64,000 bases of DNA from Octopus sinensis (taxonomy: Eukaryota). The notes under the pieces were generated by a model. It did no database searches. It saw only the letters and a list, made by a program, of their open reading frames with translations, and had not been told where the DNA came from. How positions within the stretch are numbered: position 1 is the stretch's first letter; the number at the start of each line of letters is the position of its first letter. A program made the position numbers and the translations under genes. The DNA lies in assembly GCF_006345805.1 (NCBI RefSeq), contig NC_043006.1, positions 31,434,001-31,498,000 of the forward strand, given 5' to 3'. Positions 53,205 through 64,000 of this stretch are shown piece after piece.

Positions 53205-53470
53205 TTTTTCCTGAGCCCTTGGGTCTCATTAGGCCAATTACACGGTTTCCATGGCGTGTTAGTAATTAAAACCACAACGTTCCCATCAAAAGGACACCAG
53301 TCTGTTGCAGGGTTGAAGGCCAGCAACTTTGACTCCCAATACTTGACTGATATTTTGTTTTATCCATCCCGAAGAGAGAAAAGGCAGATTTGGCTATATC
53401 GGGATTTAAACTCAGTACGTAAATAGCCGGAAGAAATGCTGCTAATTCTTTTGTCCGACCTGCTAAAGAC
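53205..53470 (-). mobile_element. Diverged SINE (family B-like 5' part with a different tail)
   Basis: TTTTATCCATCCCGAAGAG, TTTAAACTCAGTACGTAAA and GAAATGCTGCTAA resemble family B. Confidence 0.5.
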
Positions 53471-53566
53471 TCTACTAGCTGACCGCCTTAGAAATGTAAT
53501 AAATATCCGGTTTTAAATTGATTATTAGGGTGTTAGCAAAGTTTTGCTTTTGCTGGGTAGCTTCCA

Positions 53567-53795
53567 TCTTTTACCTGTTTCAGTCATTAGACTGCGGCCA
53601 TGCTGGGGCATCGCCTTGAATTTTACTTGAATGAATCGACCCCAGGGCATTTTATTTTTCAAGCTGGTACTTTTTCTATCGGTTCTTTTGCTGAGCTGCT
53701 AAGTTACGGGGATGTAAACACATCACTGTTTCACATGTTGTCCCTCATCACCATTTCACAAACGGTGATGGGAGGAAAAACATCGATACACCACA

Positions 53796-53839
<44 letters not shown>

Positions 53840-53841
53840 AT

Positions 53842-53923
<82 letters not shown>

Positions 53924-54100
53924 GTACACTCACGCACACACACACGACGGGCTTCTTTCAGTTTCTGTCTACCAGATCCACTGATGAGGCTTTGGTCGGG
54001 CCGAGGCTATAAAAGTAGAAGACACTGGCCCAAGTGCCACGCAGTGGGACTGAAACCAGAACCATGTGGTTGAAAAGCAAGCTTCTTACCACACAACCAC
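53567..54100 (-). mobile_element. SINE family A, full length, internal (TA)n + (GATA)n
   Basis: Both halves are collinear with 50194-50638. Confidence 0.85.
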
Positions 54101-54657
54101 GTGTTGTCAAATCCCAACAACTATATCATCAGTACCTCACGTCTAGTTAATTGCCAGTTCTCTTAAGTTTTCGTTGAAGTTGTTGCTTATTTTGGGTTGA
54201 ATTGTTCAACCAAATACTTTTTTAATATACTCGTTGTTAATTAAAATTTGTTTGAGTTGCGCAAATTTTTGTTTCACTCTGGCGTCGTGGAGATGGGGTC
54301 CTCGGTGGTAACTTTAAGTAGAAAATTCAGTAATCATGTGAACAAGCTGGATACATTGTTGTTTTTTGTCTTTCCTTTTTGTTTTAGCTTCTTAACGTAT
54401 TACTGTGTTGTATATGTATTGTTTGGGGGGATTAAAAGACAAAAAATTCTACACTAAAGAAAAAGAAAACTAACGGAAAAAAATTTTTGAAATTAAAATA
54501 AGATTTCTAAGTGTATTTGTGCGCACGTGTTCGTTTGTTTGTCTGGGTATGAGTTGTATTATATGCAAAGACACGGACACACGCTCACACATATATATCT
54601 ATATGGATAAATTCGTTCTCAGTACTTCAGTTTGATATATATATATATATATATAGG

Positions 54658-55031
54658 GCAATAAGAAAATGGAGGAGAGGAAGAGGTGGTATTCATCAAG
54701 TTTTAGACATTATATTATGTCTATTTATTTATTTTTTTAAAAATCAATTATAACAATATACATACATGTATAACATTATGCTTTACCTATAAAAAATACC
54801 AGTAATTATTAAAATATATAACGTAGAACATAGGGTTAGCCGTAAGAAACTATTCTACTTTCTATGTTCTACGTTATATATTTTAATAATTACTGGTATT
54901 TTTATATATGTAAAGCATATATTATACATGTATGTATATTGTTATAATTGTTTTTTTTAAAGATAAATAGACAATGTAATGTCTAAAACTTGATGAATAC
55001 CACCTCTTGATCCCCTCCATTTTCTTATTGC
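54658..55031. repeat. Fold-back element: ~175-bp imperfect inverted arms with a 28-bp spacer
   Basis: GCAATAAGAAAATGGAGG...ACGTAGAACATAG (54658-54833) mirrors CTATGTTCTACGT...CCTCCATTTTCTTATTGC (54862-55031). The arms differ mainly by small indels. Confidence 0.85.
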
Positions 55032-55243
55032 TGTATACCCTTAGCCATTTATTACATTCAGTAGTGTAATTGCCATGCAACGAAAAAACACTTGTGTATT
55101 AATAATTGGGTATTCTACCAGCAGTATATTGCATAGATACTATCCCTTGGTTGGTTGGATTCACAACCTCTAACTCTCTTAGAATTATAATCTATCTATC
55201 TAATATATATATATATTATATATATATAATATATATATAATAT

Positions 55244-56873
55244 AGGAGATAAATAAAAATATATGCATACATACAAACATATATGTACGTACCTACATCT
55301 ACATGTATATATACATGCATATATAAATAATTATACGGAAGTACAGGACATCACAATAAGACGTAGAAACAGAAAAAGCCAAAAAACAAAAAACAAGAAA
55401 ACGGAAAACGAAAACCAAATACAGGACAGGTTACACAAGGACAAAACCCCCGTCATCAGCTGTCGCTAGAGGAGTCAGGCATGTTTCGAAGGCATAACAG
55501 AACACTAATCCAATAGGCCTTCCTGCGACAGAATTAAAATAAAATTTCAAGCAGCGGGGCACAATGAGTACGAACACAAACAAGACGTAACAATAAGACT
55601 GCAAAATTAAAATACATGTACAAAAACAAACACAAGAGGACGAACGAAAAAGCCTTTTTTCTGGCATAGACAAAAACAATAAAACTGCAAAAATAAAAAT
55701 ACATGTACAAAAAGTACAATTAGTTACAAAACGAGAAAATAACAAGAATACTATACAGGAAATTAACCACACAAGGGGACGAACGAAGAAGCCTTTTTGC
55801 TGGCAAGGACGAAAGTGTAGTAGCAGCGCGTGGAGGCAGTCTTTTCAATAGTGGTAAACACGTGTAAGGAATTTTGTTTTATAGGCAAGGAAGAGGGAAG
55901 GAGGAGGGGGACACGCGGCGAAGAGAGAGGAGGAGGGGGAGGGAGAAAGATTGAAGAGGTTAAAGCAAAGGGAGAGAGTACCGCATCTTCAATATAATAA
56001 TATTAATATAAAAAAAAAGGGGACCAAGAAGTGGATCGAAACGACGAATCGGAACGAACCTGATGATGCGGGGCGCTGTCAGACAATAAGGAGATAAATA
56101 AAAATATATGCATACATACAAACATATGTACGTACCTACATCTACATGTATATATACATGCATATATAAATAATTATACGGAAGTACAGGACATCACAAT
56201 AAGACGTAGAAACAGAAAAAGCCAAAAAACAAAAAACAAGAAAACGGAAAACGAAAACCAAATACAGGACAGGTTACACAAGGACAAAACCCCCGTCATC
56301 AGCTGTCGCTAGAGGAGTCAGGCATGTTTCGAAGGCATAACAGAACACTAATCCAATAGGCCTTCCTGCGAGAGAATTAAAATAAAATTTCAAGCAGCGG
56401 GGCACAATGAGTACGAACACAAAAAAGACGTAACAATAAGACTGCAAAATTAAAATACATGTACAAAAACAAACACAAGAGGACGAACGAAAAAGCCTTT
56501 TTTCTGCATAGACAACACAATAAACTGCAAAAATAAAAATACATGTACAAAAAGTACAATTAGTACAAAACGAGAAAAAAAAATAACAAGAATACTATAC
56601 AGGAAATTAACCACACAAGGGGACGAACGAAACGAGAAGCCTTTTTGCTGGCAAGGACGAAAGTGTAGTAGCAGCGCGTGGAGGAGTCTTTTCAATAGTG
56701 GTAACCACGTGTAAGGAATTTTGTTTTATAGGCAAGGAAGAGGGAAGGAGGAGGGGGACACGCGCCGGAAGAGAGAGGAGGAGGGGGAGGGAGAAAGATT
56801 GAAGAGGTTAAAGCAAAGGGAGAGAGTACCGCATCTTCAATATAATAATATTAAATAAAAAAAAAGGGGACCA
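55244..56873. mobile_element. Partial tandem (about 1.9 units, 845-bp period) of a non-coding element inside (TA)n
   Basis: Units start at 55244 and 56089. Unit 2 stops at GGGGACCA (56873) and lacks the last 62 bp. Each unit has an internal duplication. (TA)n lies on both flanks. Confidence 0.9.
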
Positions 56874-58322
56874 TATATATATATATATATATCAGAAGAA
56901 GAAGAAAAATGGAGATGGGAAGTTAATATTCTTTATTACTAACAGCAAATTAATCATCTTCACTTACAGCTGTTTCATGAGGTTACCACAATATCTAATC
57001 GAATTTATATTTATCTGTGTGTTTGTGCGTGGCTGTGTGTGTGTGTGTGTGTTGAAAACGCGAAAAAAATTGCTTAAAGACCTTTATGGAAGAAAGACTA
57101 CTTACATGTTCGATCACATTCAGAAGACGGACCTAGTCGTGCTGAAACAAAGGCGGAAAATAAATTATAAATAAATCATATATATTCCCTTTTCGATATT
57201 CGATTAGCCTATTACCACTTCTGGCTGCTGGTTGCCTTAAAGATTTCCTTAATATTGCTATGTTCCATCCATTTTATTTTAGGTCCTAAGACGGGTTATG
57301 GCGGAAGTCAGAGTAACAATTTGCAAGGCTTTTCCGTCATCCAATAAACATATTTCAGTCTAATTTTAGTATTAAGTGCGCAGTTTTCCGCTGCCTCCCT
57401 TGAGCTCGTGTGGTTACACATATATAATGTGTGTGTGTGCGTGTGTGTTTGTGTGTCTGTGTGTGTTTGTTACCCACGCCACTTGTTCATCAGTGTTTGT
57501 ATGCTTGAGTTTCAGTATTTTAGCATTTTCTGTAAAAGTGACCGAAAGATTAAGTACATGATTTGAAAATAAATACTAATGTTGATTTCTCCGACTAAAC
57601 CCTTCCCCGCGCTGCCCCCGCAAGGCCGCAAGCTAATGACTGAAACAAGTAAAAGATAAAAGATGTGTGTGTGTGTATAACAGGTCTCTGCTGATGTAAC
57701 AGCTACACAGTTAGTCTGACCTCGGTATTTCTTTTTCCGTTTCGTTGGTGGTTCTTTTGTGTTTCTCTCTAATTATAGATATTTGCATGAGTGGGCGTAA
57801 CATCCATAGAGATAACTTACTGCACAGAGAGAGAGAGAGAGGGGAGAGAGAGAGAGAGAGAGAAAGATAATCTTCTGAAAACTTAAATTGCCCTCCCCCA
57901 CATCTCATCCCCCCACCCCACCCACAAGCCCCTTCTTATCACAAACCACACTTAACTATTGCCGTTCTGAAACCTTGAGAAAAATAACAATAACAACCCA
58001 TGGAACCCTTAACCATACTGTGAACATGTTTGAAATATAAACACCTTTAACTGGGCTGAGATACAGCTGTGGAAATATTGCATCAATGACTGGATCAGAG
58101 GCAGTGGGTTACGGCGAAGCGGCTTCATCTGCCACACACATACTAACATACACTAACACTCGCACAGACAGACACGCGCGTGCGCGCAGATCTTATGTTA
58201 AAAAAAAAACATGCAGTGACATCGATATAGAAAGTTGTTATGGTCAGTCTGAGTATTATGCCTTAAAGAGTACAACAGGCGCTAGATTTGTTTATACAAA
58301 TGAACTCCTCGTAAAATTCATC

Positions 58323-58424
<102 letters not shown>

Positions 58425-58450
58425 TAGACATCTTTCTTTCTTTGTTTTTC

Positions 58451-58830
58451 CTTTTACTTGTTTCAGTCATTTTGACTGCGGCCATGTTGGAGCATCGCCT
58501 TTAATCGAGCAACTCGACCTCGGGACTTATTCTTTGTAAGCAAAGTACTTATTCTATCGGTCTCTTTTGCCGAACTGCTAAGTGACGGGGACATTAAACA
58601 CACCAGCATCGGTGTCAAGCAATGCTAGGGGGACAAAACACAGACACACCAACAACACGCAACATACAATATTATATATATATATATATATATACGACGG
58701 GCTTCTTTCAGTTTCCGTCTACCAAATCACTCACAAGGCTTTGGTCGGCCCGAGGCTATAGTAGAAGACACTTGCCCAAGGTGCCACGCAGTGGGACTGA
58801 ACCGGAACCATGTGGTTAGTAAACAAGCTA
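58451..58830 (-). mobile_element. SINE family A, near full length
   Basis: Collinear with 50194-50638. Confidence 0.9.
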
Positions 58831-59963
58831 CGCGGAAGTATGCCCATACATCCCTCATTTGTAATCATATTCCAAGAAGCCTATCACCAGACGAAAGTAC
58901 ACACGGATTTAATTAGAGTAACGATCAATCGATTACTATATCTGTCTGTCTGTTCCTCTTTGTACACACACACACACATACACACTAGTTATGGGATTCA
59001 ATAGAACCTGGGCGCATCAACACGTAGACGGCAGAAATGGCCAGGTACATAACACAGGTTCTATATTTCTAATTTTTTTACTTTAGAACAGGGTTATATC
59101 TTAACATAACAGCAATTTCCTTACTCCTGCCGCAGTGTGCCACAAAATCAGGAAGATTGAGCACCACCCATAATCCTAATGTGTGTGTGTTCGTGAGACA
59201 GAGAGGGAATACGCGGGCCTATTTATGGTTTTGTACCTTATCTCTCTTTCCCTCTCCCTCTCCATTTCTCTCTCACACACACACGCACACACGCACGCAC
59301 ACACACACTCGTCATTAGCTGACTGCAATTAAAGCCATACATAATGCATATATGTATACTTTCTTCCTTACTTGCGACTTCCGTTAACTTTGATATAAGT
59401 TGTAATTCAGTGAGGTAGAACCGTGTACAAATTGTTCCAGATGGACTAATAATAATGATAATAATGATGATGATGATGATGACGATGACTACGACAACGA
59501 CGACGAGGATGGTGATGATGATGATGATGATGATAAAAGCTTGGTTATACAGGAGAAATTCGACACATCATTTCCGTACAAACACTTCACCAACAACATT
59601 AGAGTACTTCCTCCCTTCTCTTTATTATTTTCACTTCTATCTATCTATCTAGCTAGCTGTATGTCTGTCTGCCTTTCTGTCAGTCTGTCTTTCTAAATGT
59701 CTATCTTCCTAAATGTCTGTCTTTCTGGCTGGCTGTCTATCTTTTGTACTATTTTGCTACCTGTCTGCCTTTTTGCCTATCTCTCCGTCTATCTAGCTAT
59801 CATCTTTAATCACCTATATTTTCTCCTTCTCTTTCTCTGTCTCTCTCAGCTTTTCTCTCTCCACCCACTCTTCTCCATAATCTACTTTCTATTTGTCTAT
59901 CATCTCTCCTTCATTCAAATGTACATAGGTAGTATACTATTCCGTTATTGGTAGCATCAGCAA

Positions 59964-60014
<51 letters not shown>
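59964..60014. repeat. (TAA)n microsatellite
   Basis: Seen directly in the sequence. Confidence 0.95.
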
Positions 60015-60017
<3 letters not shown>

Positions 60018-61798
60018 GCATCTAGTGAGAGATAAATATCATTTAATATTCACAGGATTTAAATGCGAGTTTCTACAAGTTTCATGCCTCTGGAAATACA
60101 ATGCTTGGACAAGATTGTATAGCGTACCGTGTATTTTCAAGTAATCATTCAAGGTCGAGATATAAAATGGCTACACTTTCAGAACATGTGAAAGAGCGAG
60201 AAAGATCGAGAGGAAGAAAGTAAAAGAAAAAAAAGAAGAAGAAAAAAGAAACATAGAGGGAATCGAGATAAGAGTTGTGATCTTTAATATGGATGGTGGC
60301 AGGGGGTTCAATGGTGGTAGGGGGGTCAAAGTTTGTGTGACTGTAAGCTTAATTCAGAGAGGGTGGTGTTTTCCAGTTTCATCACAGAAACTTGTCCAGA
60401 TGTTTACATTTAATAAAAGTTCCGAATCTAGAATTCAGCAGGTGAGTAGATTTTATAGATTTAAATACAAGATGAGACTTTTCGACTGTAAGAAATCTGC
60501 AACTTCTTGACCTATTAATGTATTGTTGAGAAGTTTATTTAGATTAAAAGTGTATTTGAAAGAAATGGAAAATGAAAAATTTTTTAATGCATGAAGTTTC
60601 CAAGGGAAATAACTTACAGATGGGGAAATTTGCTTTAAAGATGGAAATTTTTTCGGGAATAACGATAAAGAATATATTAAAGGAAACGAGATAAAAATAT
60701 TTCCAACAATTTCAAAGCATTCGTAACCTCCATTCGTTTAAAAATTTAAAACTACATACTAGGTATTTAGGAGAGAGTTTGCAAGTTAACAAAAGCTCAG
60801 ATTTTACATTTAAACTGCGAGAACTGAGGCAAGACATAAGCAGTTTTCAATGCGATACAAGTGGCAACTCAGTTGTTAACGAAAATTTGCACGCCTATAA
60901 CTTAGTGGGAAGGCAAATAAAACCCCTCTACAAACATGTCTGGATAGTGCAGTCTCAAATTCCTGTCTCGATTAATAAAAGAATGCGTATGCTGCAAAAC
61001 ATGTGCTTTAAAAAGTAATGCACGGTTAATGCAACGCAGGACTTTGCCCCACATTTTCCTTGTATTCTGTTTCTATGTGTATTTTGGCACGTTGGATTAA
61101 TGATTTCGTCAGGTGGTTGCCATCAAGCAGGCAGTTGTACAATTAGTACAGTTACAGGGCACTGAGAAGCTGTATTATTTATGGTAAAAAGTCACTTGGC
61201 ATTGTTAATGGGACGTGCAACGTTTTTACGAGGAGCATAGTTAATATCAACCGAGTTTTTGAAAAAGAATTATGTAGTATGTGTGGGTCGTAGGAAAGAG
61301 AAGGAAAATCAATTTAAGAAACTTTCCAGTTATGTTTGTTCTCATATTTAACCATATACTGGATAATATCAGAGAATATTTCGTGGCCTGTTTTTACGCT
61401 TTTGAACACGAAGTCTTGGTGGATTTTGCATTTTTCTTTGAGAAATGACTGTTCAGAGAGCTGAATAAGAGTACTTATAAATGTTGGCCCAGTTGCTCGT
61501 TTTTAGAATAAAATTAACTAGAGTAAGATTGTTTTTCTCTGTTTATTTTGTTTACGTTCGTCTTCTATAAATTCATAATTTAAAACTCTTTCCAGACTAT
61601 ACTCCCAAAGAATTTTCAAACTACCCTTATTTCTACTACACACCACTATATTTAGAGTAGTATCCTCGTCTTGATGATCATACTCACGACATTTCAGCAA
61701 GCATATCCTCTCTTTGGGTGTCTGTCATATTCGGTAATATTCATGGATTTTGGTTCCGAAAAACGCTTGTGATGGAAATTAAAAGCTTTAAGCATAAC

Positions 61799-61832
<34 letters not shown>

Positions 61833-62609
61833 TCAGGATTAAAATACCCACCTGTGTTGATTCTGTCAGTCGCCTTACCTTCCAGTGCCGTTCTGTATAT
61901 ATAATCGTGTCTTTAATCCACAACGCCTGGAGATAGATCTAAACTGTTCTAACATCGGGCCTCGCGTCATTCGATTCTTTTCAGCATCTATATTGTCCTA
62001 TATGTGCTTCTACTTTTTAACAGTATTAGTATATGATTTCAGGGAAATTTGACTACTATTTCTAGCTAATCAAGCAACCGCTAGAGGTCCTCTCATTGAT
62101 TCGATATGCTGTTATGTAGGTGAAATAGTTGGTGTTATCTACCTTATTGTTGACATACCAGTGGAAGTTACGATATATGGCCATCGAAATTACAAGCTCG
62201 GTTTTATTGTGTATGAAAAAATATTCGCCAAAGTAAACTCTGTGAGAGAGAGAAAGAGAGAGAGAGGGAGAGAGAGAGGGGGGGGGAGAGAGAGAGAGAG
62301 AGACTAAACATATACAGAACATTAACGAACTCATTCCCTGCAGGTGACGAGACAGCCAATGTGAACGCGTGACTTCTTTGCTTGCTATCTTCATCATCAT
62401 CGCCGGTCATTTGTCATCATGTTACTCGCATCTCCTTTCTTTTATCGCTGCCACAAAATGATTTGAAGGATTTCGCAGTTATTGTCCTTCAACACTCAGT
62501 TGACACTCTGATGGACTACGTATACATACATACATATTATGTATATAGTCGTTTTTCGTTCCCGGTTTTCGACATGAGTTCTGTTGTTAATATTATTATT
62601 ATTATGTTT

Positions 62610-62850
62610 AAGGCAGTGAGCTGGCAGAATCGTTAGCACGCCAAGTAGAATACTTAGCGGCATTTCGTCTGCTTTAACGTTTTGTGTTCAAATTCCACCG
62701 AGATCGACTTTGAATTTTATTCTTTTTGCGGGAGTGGGGAGTCAATAAAATAAGTAGCAGTTGATTTCTGGGGTTGATGTTATCGATTTTACCCCCTCCT
62801 CCAGAATTGCTGGCCTTGTGCCAAAATTTGAAACTAATATTAACAATTAT
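62610..62850 (+). mobile_element. SINE family B, full length
   Basis: AAGGCAGTGAGCTGGCAGAATCGTTAGCACG, GTTCAAATTCCACCGAGATCGACTTTG and GGCCTTGTGCCAAAATTTGAAAC plus an ATT-rich tail. Confidence 0.85.
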
Positions 62851-63321
62851 TTTTACTTTAGGTATTATTTTTCTGATACTTTTGTGTGTAAGCACGCGTG
62901 ATCGCATGCGTGCGCACAAACACGCTCAAGCATGAGAAAATTATGCAAAAATGTAAAATTAATAATAATAATAATAACAATTAAAAACTGAAATTTTATA
63001 CCATTATTACAAGACATATGCGTGTAAATGTGTACATTTGTGTATACCGGTGTAAAATGGTGCGTTGAGTCGCGTTCCTTCACTCCAGCAATTAATTTGA
63101 TAAAGAAGCCATTCGATAAATGGACTTCGATAAAAACTACCGATTGAAATAAGCTTAGCTGTCCTAAGCCTTTTAACGGTGGTAAATGTTTGCTGTCCAT
63201 TGGCAAAAACTAGTAAGAAAAACTGCTGTGTGTGTGTGTGTGATGCTCACAAAACCGACAAATATTCACTGCAACCTGCATGGAATTCCCAGCTGAAAGT
63301 GAAAGTAAATTAATTCTGACA

Positions 63322-64000
63322 ATGTCATCGTCGTTATGCCTGGTACGCCCGCAGCGAAAGTCTTCCTGATTAGGGGCGACTACTCCAGCTGCCACTCTTG
63401 TCCAGCCAGCTCCTAATATTGTCCAGCCAATGCGATCTTAGTCTTCCTCTATCCTTCCTTCCATGATAATGTTCTCCACACCGCCTCTTTTTCGAATATG
63501 ACCATACAAGACGAACTATTGATTTTCACAATGTCCAGGGGTTACCGTCTTTCACCTACTTGTTATAACAGCCATTCATTTATCCGATGATCCTTCTAAG
63601 AGACCTGTAACATTTTCCTATAAAACCCACATTTCAAACGCATTATGTTCTCTTCAAATTTGTTCGTAGTCCATGCTTAGCAACCGTAAATGCCTATTAG
63701 CCAATTGAACGCTAGCACTAGTCTGGTTATTAATTTAGCTGAACACTTTTGCAACTCCAAATGTTCTTAAGTTTTTCCATAGAAGTTCTTATCATGACCA
63801 GCTGTGTCCTAGCTTTTTCATCAGAGATTTGGGCTCCAAGATACTCGTACAATTCAACCTGTTCGAGCCTCTCCCTGCCCACTTTCACGTTAACATTTAC
63901 TTTCTCTTTTCCTACCGACATGACTTTTTATTTTCTTATGGCTGAAATACAGATCATGCATATTTGATATCTTCTCGACTCTACTCATTATTTCTTGTAG
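63322..64000 (-). pseudogene. RTE-clade LINE 3' fragment (end of RT domain and C-terminus), frameshifted
   Basis: Minus-strand pieces VMSVGKEKVNVNVKVGRERLEQVELYEYLGAQIS, GIYGC*AWT, AFEMW..RKMLQVS*KDHRINEW and YGHIRKRGGVENIIMEGRIE are typical RTE motifs. There are several stops and frameshifts, and the fragment may run past the window edge. Confidence 0.85.

Noticed and set aside
53981-53988. CTGATGAG resembling a hammerhead core
   Set aside because: It aligns to CTCACAAG in other family A SINE copies, so it is a chance variant. No stem II-GAAA follows.
55447-55492. Type II hammerhead on the minus strand (GAAAC...CTGATGA), repeated near 56290-56335
   Set aside because: Stem II can be drawn only with wobbles and a bulge, there is no valid NUH triplet, and stem I does not form. 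Kept only as a remark in the tandem finding.
56036-56068. Plus-strand CGAAAC...CTGATGA in the tandem linker
   Set aside because: There are no supporting stems, and the homologue at ~8915-8950 lacks CTGATGA.

Overview
This is AT-rich, microsatellite-dense animal DNA, intronic or intergenic. The SINE families match from memory those of octopus, so the taxon is inferred and was not checked against a database. I recognise no host protein-coding gene, rRNA, true tRNA or CRISPR array. Most ORFs in the supplied track are read-throughs of (CA)n, (TA)n or (CT)n repeats or of SINEs. The window is dominated by at least four SINE-like families and decayed LINE fragments (R4/Dong-like, CR1/L2-like, RTE). 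It also holds Tc1/mariner transposase relics, hAT, Tigger and mariner MITEs (two hAT copies keep visible 8-bp target-site duplications), a Helentron-type non-autonomous element and a ~4.7 kb near-pure (TA)n tract. Three things stand out. (1) Three short Penelope-type elements from distinct families each carry a minimal type I hammerhead-ribozyme motif with the same unusual architecture; two of them abut (TA)n. (2) An 845-bp-period partial tandem element sits inside (TA)n. (3) A 470-bp near-perfect palindrome centred on (TA)n duplicates an already decayed transposon end.
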